64,000 nt of DNA from an uncultured bacterium (GTDB taxonomy: Bacteria > Omnitrophota > Omnitrophia > Omnitrophales > Aquincolibacteriaceae). Below the pieces are notes generated by a model, which was not told where the DNA came from, made no database searches, and saw nothing but the letters and a program-made list of their open reading frames with translations. Where the stretch lies: assembly GCA_964482725.1 (NCBI GenBank), contig CAYZYT010000003.1, positions 116,010-180,009 of the forward strand, read 5' to 3'. This document shows positions 17,946 through 28,729 of this stretch, one piece after another. Position numbers and translations under genes: made by a program. Positions within the stretch are counted from its first letter, which is position 1; every line of letters begins with the position of its first letter.

Positions 17946-19286
17946 ATGATGAAAAGAAAAAATATGAATCCTTTTCAGAAATTATTCATAACCGTGCTGG
18001 CGGTCCTTCTTCTCGGAGGGTGTCTCTCAGTTCGTTTGCCGGGAGTTAAAATCAGACAGGCGGCGGAGCCTCAAACTCTGACGTGGGATGGGCTTGTCCG
18101 TCAGACGCTCACGCTGAACCCCGATCTCCAGATGGCGCGGTACCTGATCACCTCAAGCGCCCGGAGCCGGGATATCGCTTTCGGGGATTATCTCCCGTCG
18201 GTGGATGGAGGATTTCAGAGAGATATTTCAAGGACGACAGGGACGGCCCCGTCCCAGGACGGGTTGGGATTGGATCTCGCGGCCCAACAGTCGCTTTTTA
18301 ACGGTTTTGGGACCACGGGGAATTGGCTGAAGGCGCGAAAAGATCTCGAGGCCGTGAGATTGGCTTATGTGGAAACCAGCGCGGAAGTCCGGTTCCGCTT
18401 AAGATCGGTCTATGTGGATATCATAAGGCTGGAAAGACTTCTTGAGACGAACCGTCTGATCTATGAGAGGCGCAAGCAGAACTCAGATCTCGTCCGACTT
18501 CGTTATGAAGCGGGACGGGAGAATTTGGGTTCCGCCTTACGTGCGGAGGCGATCACCGGACAGGCGGATTTTGATGTCAAGCAGACGGAACGCTATCTGG
18601 AGAGCGACGCGCTGAGACTTGCGCGTGAAAGCGGTGGGGAATTCGTTTTTCCCGTTCGTATGGATGATGACTTGGAAAAGATGCTCCCCAAAGTGGCGCT
18701 TACCAAGGCGGATTACGCGGCTCTTGCTGAGAAAACGCCCAAGGTGATGCGTCTTATCAAGACGGCAGAAGCCGCCAAGGCAGCCGTCGTGAAGGCGCAG
18801 TCCGTGGTGTGGCCTCAAATCGACGGCAATTATGATTATGGTTATTCGGGTGAGCGCGCGTCTGCTCTGAAAGATTCGAGTTTCCTCGGAGTGAATGTCA
18901 CCGTGCCTTTCTTTAACGGCGGGAAGAACATTGCCGCGATCCGCAAAGCCGTAGCGGATTACGATGCCGCCCAGAAGGCCGCCCAAGGTGCGCGGGACGA
19001 AGCGATCGCCGCACTGGCCGCCGCGTGGGTGCCTTACATGGACGCCATCGAGTATGTGGGGGTCCGCGAGAAGTTCCTGGAATCTTCGAAGAAACGCGCT
19101 GAGATCATCCGGGCGGAATATGCCATGGGACTTGTGAATTTCACGGATTTTGACGCGGCGGAGCAGGAAAATGCGACCGCGGAAAAAGATTATGTGGCGA
19201 GTCTTGCGAATGTTTTTATTCAGCAGGCCAACTGGGAAAAGACCCAGGGGGCCACTTTGGAGGATGCTTACCATGAAAATAAATAA
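17946..19286 (+). CDS. TolC-like outer-membrane efflux protein (lipoprotein signal)
   Basis: ATGATG start; lipobox LLGGC. Two OEP repeats with a coiled-coil-rich alpha/beta-barrel pattern. Heads a macA-macB-like operon. Confidence 0.75.
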   Translation: MMKRKNMNPFQKLFITVLAVLLLGGCLSVRLPGVKIRQAAEPQTLTWDGLVRQTLTLNPDLQMARYLITSSARSRDIAFGDYLPSVDGGFQRDISRTTGTAPSQDGLGLDLAAQQSLFNGFGTTGNWLKARKDLEAVRLAYVETSAEVRFRLRSVYVDIIRLERLLETNRLIYERRKQNSDLVRLRYEAGRENLGSALRAEAITGQADFDVKQTERYLESDALRLARESGGEFVFPVRMDDDLEKMLPKVALTKADYAALAEKTPKVMRLIKTAEAAKAAVVKAQSVVWPQIDGNYDYGYSGERASALKDSSFLGVNVTVPFFNGGKNIAAIRKAVADYDAAQKAAQGARDEAIAALAAAWVPYMDAIEYVGVREKFLESSKKRAEIIRAEYAMGLVNFTDFDAAEQENATAEKDYVASLANVFIQQANWEKTQGATLEDAYHENK

Positions 19287-20256
19287 TTTGTCGCGGCCGG
19301 TGAAGTTCGGATTGATCCTTTTGGGTGTGTTTCTTCTTGTGCGGATGTTCTCTTCATGCGGCTCGTCGAAAGATCCCTTGCAGATCGTTCGTGCCGTAAA
19401 GGTCTCTCGAGGGGATCTCTCGGTCGCGGTCACGGCGACGGGAACGGTCAAACCGTATAACCGGGTCGAGATCAAGGCTCCGATCCCGGGACGCATCGAG
19501 GAAGTTCTTGTGCACGAGGGAGAAAATGTGAAGCTAGGGCAGGTGCTTGCTTGGATGAGTTCGGTCGAAAGGGCGGCGCTTCTTGATGCAGCGCGATCTC
19601 AGGGAGAAGCCGCGGTCAAACGCTGGCAGGAGGCTTATAAGGCCGCGCCGCTTCTCGCCCCGTTGGATGGGATGATCATTGTCCGTTCTGTAGAACCCGG
19701 ACAGACCGTGACCACGATCGATCCGGTGGTGGTACTTTCGGATCGGCTGATCGTGGAAGCGCTGGTGGATGAAACCGATCTTTCCATGATTAAGCTCGGA
19801 CAACGAACGGAGATCCGCCTGGATGCTTATCCCCAAGAGGTCTTTGAAGGCAAAGTCGATCACATCACGTTCGAAAGCAAGCTTGAGAATAACGTGAATG
19901 TCTACGCGATCGATATCCTTCCGGAAAAGGTTCCCGAGTCATTCCGGAGCGGGATGACCGCCAATGTTATTTTTATCGTGAAAGAAAAAAAAGGTGTCCT
20001 GCTCGTTCCTTCCGAGGCCGTTGTGGAATGGCCGAAAGGTCTTCGCAAACCTGAGGATGCGGTTTTTGCTGTTTATAAAAAAACGTTTGGTGGAAAACCG
20101 GGACCGGTCCCGGTCAAGGTCGGGGAATCTGATGGCCGGATGACTGAGATTACGGAAGGCCTGAAGGAAAGGACGGAAGTGGTGATCGTCCGGAAGAAAG
20201 AAAAGCAGCAATCTTCCAATCCGTTCAGCCCCGGGGGCGCTCCCAAAAAAAAGTGA
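19273..20256 (+). CDS. macA: Periplasmic adaptor (membrane-fusion, HlyD/MacA-like) subunit of ABC efflux pump
   Basis: GGAGGA RBS; signal anchor. Biotinyl-lipoyl, beta-barrel and MP domains typical of MFP. Overlaps the tolC-like stop by 14 nt. Confidence 0.8.
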   Translation: MKINNLSRPVKFGLILLGVFLLVRMFSSCGSSKDPLQIVRAVKVSRGDLSVAVTATGTVKPYNRVEIKAPIPGRIEEVLVHEGENVKLGQVLAWMSSVERAALLDAARSQGEAAVKRWQEAYKAAPLLAPLDGMIIVRSVEPGQTVTTIDPVVVLSDRLIVEALVDETDLSMIKLGQRTEIRLDAYPQEVFEGKVDHITFESKLENNVNVYAIDILPEKVPESFRSGMTANVIFIVKEKKGVLLVPSEAVVEWPKGLRKPEDAVFAVYKKTFGGKPGPVPVKVGESDGRMTEITEGLKERTEVVIVRKKEKQQSSNPFSPGGAPKKK

Positions 20257-20417
20257 TAAGCCGGGACAAGGACGGTAAGTGATCAAGCGAAAGTTCTTGG
20301 GTCTTTCGTCATCCTGAGCCCCGAAGAGGGCGAAGGATCTTATTTGAGATGCTTCGCTTTGCTCAGCATGACGAAATTCTGAAAAGCACAGAAACTCAGT
20401 AATGTCTAAGGAACCTC

Positions 20418-22379
20418 ATGAAACTATTGGAAGTCGAGCGCATCTCAAAAACGTACAAGATCGGTGAAGTCGAGGTCCGGGCGCTCCAGGATGTTTCGCT
20501 TACTATTGAAACCGGCGAATTTGTCGCGATCATGGGGCCTTCCGGTTCCGGCAAATCCACACTGATGCATCTCATGGGGTTTTTGGATACGCCTGACAGC
20601 GGCGCCTTTCGCTTGATGGGAAAAGACACCTCTCGCTTAAAAGAAGAAGAATACGCCTTTCTGCGCAATCGCGTCATCGGCTTTGTATTTCAACAATTCA
20701 ATCTAATGACGCGTTCCACCGCCCTCGAAAATGTTTGTCTCCCTTTGCTTTATTCGGATGATCGGGTCAGGGATCTTGAGCGATCGAAGGAGATGCTTGC
20801 CAAGGTCGGGCTTGCCAACCGTGTGGGGCACCGTCCCAATGAACTGTCGGGGGGACAGCAGCAACGTGTTGCGATTGCCCGGTCGCTTGTGACCCAACCG
20901 CTCATGATCCTCGCGGACGAGCCCACCGGGAATCTTGATTCCAAATCCGGGACCGAGATCCTGGAGATCTTCAGGGATCTCCACAAGCAAGGCATGACCA
21001 TCGTGCTTGTCACGCATTCCGAAGAGGTTGCGAACGCGGCGGAACGGGTCATTCGCATGCACGACGGAAAGATCGTGAGCGATGAAAAGCGCAAGACTTT
21101 AGGAAAGAGGCCGGGTTCCGAGATCAAGGCGCCGGATTTCCGCGAATTGTCCAAAGAGAAAAAGTACAATTATGAAGAATTTCTGGAACACTTTAAACAG
21201 GCCAGCCGCGTGATCCTCGGTAACAAATTAAGATCGTTCCTCTCCATGCTGGGCGTTCTGATCGGGGTGGCTTGCGTGATCACTATGCTCGCGCTGGGTC
21301 GGGGCGCGCGCGAAGCGATCACCGAACAGTTGTCCCGCATGGGTTCCAATCTTCTTTCCATCCGCCCGGGTTCGGTGAAAGTGCACGGGGTTGAAGCTGT
21401 GGCCGCGACGCGGTTGACCTTCGACGATGTCCGGGCCGTCAAGGAAGTCTCTTCGGTCAAACAAGTGGGGCCGCAGGTCACGGGGCAAGGGCAGCTTGTT
21501 TTTGGAAATAAGAATTGGAGCACTCGGGTCATTGGGGCCACTCCGGAATTTGCAAGTATGAGAAACCAGGAGCCTGTGGCCGGTCGTTTTTTTACCGCAG
21601 ATGAGGATCAGGGACGTCAACGTGTGGTCTTGATCGGCAAGACAGTGCAAACGGCCCTTTTTGGAGATGAGGATCCCCTGGGGCAAACAATCAAGATCAA
21701 TCGTGTGAGCTTTCAGGTCACGGGCATTCTGCCTTCCCTGGGGGCCAATGCCTTTCATGATCAGGATGACGTTGTGGTGATCCCTCTTATGACAGCGATG
21801 AAACGGCTTATGGGGAAGGACTATGTCGACCAGATCGATGTGGAGATCTCAGACCTGAAGCAGATGCCTCTTGCGCAGGAAGAGATCAACCAGCTGATCA
21901 TTCGGAGGCATCGTCTGACTCCGGATCGATATGATAGTTTTAATATCCGTAATTTTGCGGATATTCAAGCCGCGCTCTCAAGCACGACCAAGACTTTTTC
22001 TGTGCTGCTGGGCGCTGTGGCGACGATCTCGCTGGTGGTCGGAGGGATCGGGATCATGAACATCATGCTCGTTTCTGTCAAAGAAAGAACGCGCGAGATC
22101 GGTCTGCGCAAGGCCCTGGGAGCTACCCCCCGGGATATTCTGATGCAATTTCTTGTGGAGGCGGTCATGATCACGTTTCTGGGAGGGCTGGTGGGGATCG
22201 CGCTCGCCGGAGTGATCTCCTGGCTTATCGCGGCTCTGGCGCAGTGGGAAATGATCATCACGATAGACTCTTTATTGTTAGCGTTTATTTTTTCAGCGGG
22301 AGTCGGGATCGTTTTCGGTCTCTGGCCTGCCAAACAAGCCGCGGCACTCGATCCGATCCAAGCTTTGCGGTATGAATAA
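20418..22379 (+). CDS. macB: MacB-type ABC transporter (fused ATPase + FtsX-like permease)
   Basis: N-terminal ABC ATPase ([38 protein letters not shown]) followed by 4-TM FtsX permease with periplasmic domain; 653 aa. Confidence 0.9.
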   Translation: MKLLEVERISKTYKIGEVEVRALQDVSLTIETGEFVAIMGPSGSGKSTLMHLMGFLDTPDSGAFRLMGKDTSRLKEEEYAFLRNRVIGFVFQQFNLMTRSTALENVCLPLLYSDDRVRDLERSKEMLAKVGLANRVGHRPNELSGGQQQRVAIARSLVTQPLMILADEPTGNLDSKSGTEILEIFRDLHKQGMTIVLVTHSEEVANAAERVIRMHDGKIVSDEKRKTLGKRPGSEIKAPDFRELSKEKKYNYEEFLEHFKQASRVILGNKLRSFLSMLGVLIGVACVITMLALGRGAREAITEQLSRMGSNLLSIRPGSVKVHGVEAVAATRLTFDDVRAVKEVSSVKQVGPQVTGQGQLVFGNKNWSTRVIGATPEFASMRNQEPVAGRFFTADEDQGRQRVVLIGKTVQTALFGDEDPLGQTIKINRVSFQVTGILPSLGANAFHDQDDVVVIPLMTAMKRLMGKDYVDQIDVEISDLKQMPLAQEEINQLIIRRHRLTPDRYDSFNIRNFADIQAALSSTTKTFSVLLGAVATISLVVGGIGIMNIMLVSVKERTREIGLRKALGATPRDILMQFLVEAVMITFLGGLVGIALAGVISWLIAALAQWEMIITIDSLLLAFIFSAGVGIVFGLWPAKQAAALDPIQALRYE

Positions 22380-23724
22380 GGGTTGCATGAAATCCTCGCA
22401 CGATTCTTCTCAGAGATCGGGTGGACTCAGGAACGTCTTCCGTGCGCTCCGGCACAGAAATTATCGTCTGTTCTCGGCCGGACAGTGCATTTCACTCGTG
22501 GGGACCTGGATGCAGTATATCGCTGTGAGTTGGCTCGTTTACCGCCTGACGAATTCGGCTTTCATGCTCGGGCTTGTGGGATTCGTGGGCCAGCTTCCGA
22601 CCTTTGTGATCTCGCCTTTGGCGGGGGTGCTCGGGGATAGGCATAATCGGCGGCGCATGTTGATCAAGATCCAGTCGCTGGCCATGCTCCAAGCGGCGAT
22701 CCTGGCTTTCTTGGTGCTTTCTCACCAGATCCAAATTTGGCAGATTATCGCCCTGAGTGCTTTTCTTGGGATCATTAACTCTTTTGACATGACGATCCGG
22801 CAGGCCTTTACCGTGGAGCTGCTCGACGATCGTGAGGATCTCGGGAATGCAATCGCGTTGAATTCGACGATGCTCAATGCTGCGAGGCTGATCGGGCCGT
22901 CGATCGCGGGGCTTTTGATCGTTTCCGTGGGCGAAGGGATCTGTTTTCTCTTGAATGCGATCAGTTACATCGCTGTGATCGCGTCGCTTCTTGTGATGAG
23001 GATCCCTGAGGGCAAGGTTGTCGCGGCGTCGCGCAGGATCCTTGCTGAACTGAAAGAAGGTTTCAGCTATGCCGCGAATTTTCCTCCCATCAAGTGGATC
23101 CTTTTGGTTTTGTCGCTTGTCAGTTTGATGGGGGTTTCGTATCAGACCCTGCTGCCGGTCTTTACGCGCGAAATCTTCCAAGGCGGCGCGAATATGATGG
23201 GTTTTTTTATGACCATGGCCGGGTTCGGGGCGTTGGGAGGAGCCATATTTCTTGCCGCTCGGAAAAACGTTCGTGGCCTTGCAAAGATCATTGCGTGGAC
23301 GGCGGGCCTCTTCGGTCTTACGCTGATGGCCTTCGCTTTTTCGAGGGCGTATTGGCTTTCCATGGGGATCCTTCTGGTTTCCGGTTTTGGGATGATGGTC
23401 CACATGGCCGCTTGCAACACGATCCTGCAGACGATCGTGGAAGAGGACAAGCGCGGCCGGATCATGAGTTTTTACACGATGGCTTTTTTGGGCATGATGC
23501 CCTTTGGCAGTTTGCTGGCCGGAGGCTTGGCCATGTGGATCGGCGTATCCTATACGCTGGCTTTAGAAGGATTTTTCTGTGTCCTGGGAGCGTTTTATTT
23601 TGCTTCCAAACTTCCGTTGATCCGGGCCAAGATCCGTCCGATCTATGTGGAAAAAGGGATCATCTCGGAAGTTGCGAGAGGGATCCAGGTGGCTACGGGT
23701 CTTGAAAGCGTTACGAAGGAATAA
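22372..23724 (+). CDS. MFS transporter (EntS/MefA-like efflux family)
   Basis: 12 predicted TM helices with the MFS pattern; overlaps the macB stop by 8 nt. Start may be the ATG at 22387. Confidence 0.75.
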   Translation: MNKGCMKSSHDSSQRSGGLRNVFRALRHRNYRLFSAGQCISLVGTWMQYIAVSWLVYRLTNSAFMLGLVGFVGQLPTFVISPLAGVLGDRHNRRRMLIKIQSLAMLQAAILAFLVLSHQIQIWQIIALSAFLGIINSFDMTIRQAFTVELLDDREDLGNAIALNSTMLNAARLIGPSIAGLLIVSVGEGICFLLNAISYIAVIASLLVMRIPEGKVVAASRRILAELKEGFSYAANFPPIKWILLVLSLVSLMGVSYQTLLPVFTREIFQGGANMMGFFMTMAGFGALGGAIFLAARKNVRGLAKIIAWTAGLFGLTLMAFAFSRAYWLSMGILLVSGFGMMVHMAACNTILQTIVEEDKRGRIMSFYTMAFLGMMPFGSLLAGGLAMWIGVSYTLALEGFFCVLGAFYFASKLPLIRAKIRPIYVEKGIISEVARGIQVATGLESVTKE

Positions 23725-23839
23725 AAGCGACCCCCCGGGGTGTTGTTTTTCCCGAGATTTTTCACCGTCTCGTGGTCAGAATGACGCGAAATCGGTTTAA
23801 AGATATTCTGTTCAACCATGATAAGAAAGGAATCCCAAA

Positions 23840-26095
23840 ATGGCTTCCGGATCACGGAAAAAAATCAAAACCGCACCCCGAAAGCCTCGGTGGCTGGTGG
23901 CGCCGGAGGGAATCGAAGGGATCCTGCGTTTTGAGTCGGGAGATCCTTTTAACGTCTTAGGACCTCATCCGTCCAAGGACGGGCGGGGTATGATCATTCG
24001 CGCCTTTCTTCCGCAGGCTTCCCAAGCCTGGATCCGGCCTCTGGAAGGAAAGAACACGCGCGTTCCGATGACGAAGACCCATCCCGAAGGTTTCTTTCAG
24101 GTTGTTTTCGAAAAAGCCCATGAGATCTTTCCCTATAAGATCGAGACTTGCGATGAAGCGGGTATGTTGAAGGAAGCCTCCGATCCTTATGCTTTTTTCC
24201 CCGACCAGCTCAGTGATTACGATCTGCATTTGATCGGAGAAGGGACCCATCACCGGAGCTACGAAAAATTCGGAAGCCATCTTTTGACCTTGAAAGGCGT
24301 CCGGGGTGTTCTTTTTACGGTGTGGGCGCCGAACGCGAAAAGTATCAGTGTCGTCGGGAATTTCAATGGCTGGGTGCCAGGCGCGCATCCGATGACCCGG
24401 CTTTCCACTTCGAGCGTCTGGGGTCTTTTCATCCCCGGGCTAGAGAATGGGGAAGTTTACAAGTTTGCGATCCGTTCTGCGGTGGATGGTCAGGTTCGCT
24501 TGAAGACCGATCCTTACGCGTTCGGCACGGAATTAAGGCCGCGGAGCGCCGCGGTCGTGACACGTCTGGATACTTTCTCTTGGTCGGACGAGGCATGGAT
24601 GACGCGGCGAAAGCAAAAGGATCCTCTCCGTTCTCCCATCTCGATCTATGAGGTGCATCTCGGTTCCTGGAAGAGAGAAGAGAAGAACGGCTGGGGATTT
24701 CTGAATTACCGGGACCTGGCGCACCAGCTTGTGGAGTATGTCAAATTCATGGGTTACACCCACATTGAACTTATGCCTGTGATGGAGCATCCCCTGGATG
24801 AATCGTGGGGATATCAGGTCATTAATTATTATGCTCCGACGCGGCGTTTCGGCAGTCCGGAGGATCTCATGTATCTGGTGGATTATTGCCACCGCTACGA
24901 CATCGGCGTGATCCTGGACTGGGTGCCGGCGCATTTTCCGCGCGACGGTCACGGCCTTTTCGATTTTGACGGCCGGCAGATCTATGCTTCCGAAAACCTG
25001 AAAAGGGCCGAGCAACGCGAATGGGGAACGATGGTTTTTGACTTCGGGAAAAATGAGGTCAGCAATTTCCTGATCTCCAACGCTCTTTTCTGGCTGGACC
25101 GGTATCACGTGGACGGTCTGCGAGCGGATGCTGTTGCTTGCATGCTGTATCTGGATTATGCCCGCAAGCCGGGGGAATGGGAGCCCAACCGTTACGGCGG
25201 GCATGAGAACCTTGAGGCGATCGAATTTTTGAAAGAATTCAACAAGGTGGTGCATGCCACTTTCCCGGGCGTTCTGACGATCGCCGAAGAATCGACGGCC
25301 TGGCCCGGCGTTTCAAGACCCGTCCACTTGGGCGGGCTTGGGTTCAGCATGAAATGGAACATGGGCTGGATGCATGACACGCTGGAGTATTTTTCCAAAG
25401 ATCCTCTTTTCCGGAAATACCACCAGGGGGTTTTCCCGCTTTCAAGCCACTACGCGTTCTCGGAGAATTTTGTCCTTCCGATCTCACACGATGAGATCGT
25501 TTATGGGAAACGGTCGCTGCTCGAAAAAATGGTCGGCGACGATTGGCAAAAGTTCGCCAATCTCCGGCTTTTCTTCGCCTATCTTTTTTCATTCCCCGGA
25601 AAGAAGCTTCTTTTCATGGGGAACGATTTTGCCCAGAGGAGCGAATGGGATTCCAACCGGTCGCTGGACTGGCACTTGATGCAAGCGCCGCGACACCGGC
25701 GGGTGAACCTTTTGCTCCGGGACCTGCACCGTCTTTACCGGGAGAGTCCGGCGCTTTATGAAGGGGATTTCTCAAATGGATCGTTCGAATGGATCGATTG
25801 TTCGGACTCCGACCGTTCCGTTGTGAGCTTTCTGCGTTGGTCGCAGGATTACAGCCACGTCTTTATTTTCGTTTTCAATATGACGCCTGTGATCCTGGAG
25901 CGCTACCGTGTCGGGGTCCCTCGGTGGGGTTATTACCGGGAGGTTTTTAACAGCCAGGCCTTTGACTATGGCGGCTGTGGTTTGGGGAACCTCGGTGGCG
26001 TTCATTCCGAAGATGTGTCGTGGCAAAACCGTCCCTGTTCGATCAATCTTCAGATCCCACCCTTGGGGGCGCTCATTTTCCGTCTTGCGACCTGA
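23840..26095 (+). CDS. glgB: 1,4-alpha-glucan branching enzyme (GH13)
   Basis: CBM48 N-terminus (VWAPNAKSISVVGNFNGW) and GH13 catalytic motifs (..GLRADAVACMLYLDY.., ..EESTAWPGVSRP..); 751 aa. Confidence 0.9.
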   Translation: MASGSRKKIKTAPRKPRWLVAPEGIEGILRFESGDPFNVLGPHPSKDGRGMIIRAFLPQASQAWIRPLEGKNTRVPMTKTHPEGFFQVVFEKAHEIFPYKIETCDEAGMLKEASDPYAFFPDQLSDYDLHLIGEGTHHRSYEKFGSHLLTLKGVRGVLFTVWAPNAKSISVVGNFNGWVPGAHPMTRLSTSSVWGLFIPGLENGEVYKFAIRSAVDGQVRLKTDPYAFGTELRPRSAAVVTRLDTFSWSDEAWMTRRKQKDPLRSPISIYEVHLGSWKREEKNGWGFLNYRDLAHQLVEYVKFMGYTHIELMPVMEHPLDESWGYQVINYYAPTRRFGSPEDLMYLVDYCHRYDIGVILDWVPAHFPRDGHGLFDFDGRQIYASENLKRAEQREWGTMVFDFGKNEVSNFLISNALFWLDRYHVDGLRADAVACMLYLDYARKPGEWEPNRYGGHENLEAIEFLKEFNKVVHATFPGVLTIAEESTAWPGVSRPVHLGGLGFSMKWNMGWMHDTLEYFSKDPLFRKYHQGVFPLSSHYAFSENFVLPISHDEIVYGKRSLLEKMVGDDWQKFANLRLFFAYLFSFPGKKLLFMGNDFAQRSEWDSNRSLDWHLMQAPRHRRVNLLLRDLHRLYRESPALYEGDFSNGSFEWIDCSDSDRSVVSFLRWSQDYSHVFIFVFNMTPVILERYRVGVPRWGYYREVFNSQAFDYGGCGLGNLGGVHSEDVSWQNRPCSINLQIPPLGALIFRLAT

Positions 26096-26224
26096 AAAAA
26101 CTCAGGGGCGGTTCTCGAAGGGAGCACCGTCTCTCGAATGCCTCGGAATCATGGAATTACAGTCAATACAGAATCAGAAATTTGTTTGATTTTTCGGGAT
26201 AGCTCGTTATACTCCATTCATTGT

Positions 26225-26400
26225 TCTTTGAAGAAATCAGTGATAGGTGCTGCGGAACTGCGAAAGCGGTTCACGCGGCTTGATAGGGAAGTGAGTCTCG
26301 CGGAAAGATCGCGGGAACTCCACGGTGCCGCCGCTGTAGATGAGAACGAAAGCGAAACAGCCACTGCTCCTTCGGGGGTGGGAAGGTTCGCGATTAGGAA
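26225..26400 (+). ncRNA. Cobalamin (adenosylcobalamin) riboswitch aptamer
   Basis: Conserved core AUAGGGAA (26283-26290) ... GGUGCCGCCGCUGUAGA (variant of CGGUCCCGCCACUGU) ... B12 box CAGCCACUGCUCCUUCGGGGGUGGGAAGGUUC (26358-26390). Close to the E. coli btuB leader (GACACUGCCAUUCGGUGGGAAGUC). Sits upstream of a btuB-like operon. Confidence 0.7.
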
Positions 26401-26540
26401 TGACAAAGCTCATCGAGTCAGAAGACCTGCCTGTTACACAACTCAATATTCAAAATCCTCCGTGCAGAGGAAGCAAAGGTGTCCCGATTCTCCTCTTCTG
26501 AAAATCGGGACCGCGCGGATCAATCAAATGATCCGCTGGC

Positions 26541-26578
26541 CCTTTCTTGCCGATGCCTGAGGCGGAAAGGGTTTTTTT
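26541..26578 (+). terminator. Riboswitch expression-platform intrinsic terminator immediately upstream of the receptor start codon
   Basis: Hairpin ccctttc...gaaaggg followed by a T7 run ending 1 nt before the GTG at 26579. Additional hairpins (gtcccgatt..aatcgggac; cggatca..tgatccg) could form the alternative structure. Confidence 0.6.
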
Positions 26579-28699
26579 GTGTCTGGAAATTCAAAGCTCC
26601 GGAGCGAGCATCTCCGGAAGATCAGTTTTTTGTTTCTCGCCGTTTGCCTTCTAAATATCGGATGGAGCTGGCCGTTCTCTAAAAAAAATGACGGGGAACG
26701 CAAACCTACCGTCGAAACTCAATCTATAGCGCCGATCGCTCCGAAAGCTGAAATTAAAGGCCCTCTCCGTCCCGTCGCCGCAGATGTGACGGTCCTCGAA
26801 GTTACACGAACTGAGGATCCCATTGCGAATGTGACCCGGAGTATTTCGGTCATTGATCAGGAAGAGATCCAAAATTCCACCGCTCGCTATGTGCCGGAAC
26901 TATTGAAATCCAAGGCCGGGATCACCGTGACAAATACCACCGGGAACCCCAAAGGGATGACCGTCGATATGCGCGGTTTTGGCGATACGGCAAATCGGAA
27001 CGTGCTTGTGCTTGTCGACGGCCGCCGGACAAATCCGATGGATATTTCCGGGTCGGATTGGGCCGCTATTCCACTTGAGACCGTCGAGCGCATTGAGATC
27101 ATTCGCGGGCCTTCTTCCGTGCTTTACGGGGACAATGCCGCGGGAGGTGTGATCAACGTGGTGACAAAAAAGGCCGGGCCAGGCGTTCATGCCAAGGCGG
27201 AGACTGAAATCGGATTGCATCAATACAAGCGGACGGGTGCGACAGTCTCCGGGGCTAACGACTGGGCGGACGGTCTCTTCCATTATGAAAACACACAGGA
27301 TGACGGCTGGCGCAACAATACGCAATATTGGGCGAACGACTGGTTCGGCAAGTTCGGGGTCGGGCCTTTTGAAGGAGCGGGAGTGAATTTCACTGCGGGG
27401 CATCATCGCGATCGGTATGGGTTAGCAGGCGATCTCTCTGTGGACGAAATGGCGAGCATGGGTCGAACGGGGAGTACGACTTCAAAGGATCATGCCTGGA
27501 GCCAAGAGACCTATTTCACAGCAGATCCTGAGTGGAAATTTGAGCTAGGCGAAAACGCATTTGTGATCTCCGGGTTTAACTCGTTTCAGCGCCGTTTAGC
27601 TAAGGCGGATTATGTTTCCATGGCCAGCAGTGCCGTGAACAATCTGGATTCCTATGAGTTCCAGCCCAAGATGAGCTGGGCGCGCCCTCTTACCGATTGG
27701 CTCACGAGCAAATTAACGACGGGTCTTGATTTCTTTTCAGGGAAGAATGATGTCAAAAACGTCGGGACCACGTTTACGAAGCTTGCGACCATCACCAAGA
27801 AGTCGCTGGATGTTTATGTGATCGAGAATTTTTCATTGTGGGATAAGTTGCTCTTGAATATGGGATTTCGCGGGGGCTGGGCAAAGTACCGGTTTGATCA
27901 GTCTGGGGATACGACGAACCTTGATCAGACGGGGATGCGGAATGCCTCGTTTGATTTTGGAGTCGGGTACAAAGTGTTTGAGAGGTCTCTTGCCTATTTT
28001 GATATCTCCCGTTCTTTTCGGATGCCAGCGACCGATGAATTTTACAGCACCTTCGGAAGCGGTTTGAATGCGGGTTTGAAACAGCAGCAAGAGATGGATT
28101 ATGAATTGGGTTTCCGTGACAATACATTCAAACCGTTGAATATGAGCATGAATCTCTTTCTGGCTGACATCAAAGATGAAATTTTTTATGACCCGAGTGG
28201 CGGCCCGGGAGGATGGGGGGCTAATGCGAATTACGAATCGCCGACGAGACGGTACGGATTCGAAATGGAATCCTCACTGAAACTTTTTAAAAAACGCTGG
28301 TTCAATATTACGCCGTTTTTTAACCTCACAACACAAAAGCCTTATTTTAAAGGGGGGACCTATTCGGGAAAGCACGTCCCGATGGTGCCTGATTTTAAGT
28401 ATTCCACGGGATATACCCTGGAACCCCTTAAAGGGCTGACGGTTTCGACCGAGCTGAACCATCTCGGGCACCAGTTTGCGATCAACGATCAAAAGAATAA
28501 CCTTCCAAAACTTAAAGCTTATACAGTCGTGGATATGAAGGTCCGCTATCATTGGCGATGGGCCACGGCTTGGATTTCTCTTACGAACCTTTTCAATAAA
28601 AAGTACTCAGAGTACAGCGTCGATAACTACATCGGTGGCACGGACTACTATCCGGCGCAGGGCCGCAACCTGGTCACGGGTTTTTCACTGGAGTATTAG
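26579..28699 (+). CDS. btuB: TonB-dependent outer-membrane receptor (BtuB-like cobalamin receptor)
   Basis: Plug domain (..DMRGFGDTANRNVLVLVDGRRTNPMDISGSDWAAIPLETVERIEIIRGPSSVLYGDNAAGGVINVVTKK..), 22-strand barrel region, C-terminal ..GFSLEY. Riboswitch-controlled. Start codon uncertain (GTG 26579). Confidence 0.85.
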   Translation: MSGNSKLRSEHLRKISFLFLAVCLLNIGWSWPFSKKNDGERKPTVETQSIAPIAPKAEIKGPLRPVAADVTVLEVTRTEDPIANVTRSISVIDQEEIQNSTARYVPELLKSKAGITVTNTTGNPKGMTVDMRGFGDTANRNVLVLVDGRRTNPMDISGSDWAAIPLETVERIEIIRGPSSVLYGDNAAGGVINVVTKKAGPGVHAKAETEIGLHQYKRTGATVSGANDWADGLFHYENTQDDGWRNNTQYWANDWFGKFGVGPFEGAGVNFTAGHHRDRYGLAGDLSVDEMASMGRTGSTTSKDHAWSQETYFTADPEWKFELGENAFVISGFNSFQRRLAKADYVSMASSAVNNLDSYEFQPKMSWARPLTDWLTSKLTTGLDFFSGKNDVKNVGTTFTKLATITKKSLDVYVIENFSLWDKLLLNMGFRGGWAKYRFDQSGDTTNLDQTGMRNASFDFGVGYKVFERSLAYFDISRSFRMPATDEFYSTFGSGLNAGLKQQQEMDYELGFRDNTFKPLNMSMNLFLADIKDEIFYDPSGGPGGWGANANYESPTRRYGFEMESSLKLFKKRWFNITPFFNLTTQKPYFKGGTYSGKHVPMVPDFKYSTGYTLEPLKGLTVSTELNHLGHQFAINDQKNNLPKLKAYTVVDMKVRYHWRWATAWISLTNLFNKKYSEYSVDNYIGGTDYYPAQGRNLVTGFSLEY

Positions 28700-28729
28700 G
28701 GTGTCGAGGAAATTTATTCCGGAAAGGAA

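Noticed and set aside
18537-19496. 319-aa minus-strand ORF antisense to the tolC-like gene
   Set aside because: Shadow ORF; sense strand encodes a coherent lipoprotein OMP.
22492-23705. 303-aa minus and 203-aa plus ORFs inside the MFS transporter gene
   Set aside because: Alternative frames of a 12-TM transporter gene; charged low-complexity translations.
26138-26560. 140-aa ORF (and 26479..26682) in the glgB-btuB intergenic region
   Set aside because: Region is better explained as a cobalamin riboswitch with its expression platform; the ORF lacks an RBS and its translation is arbitrary.
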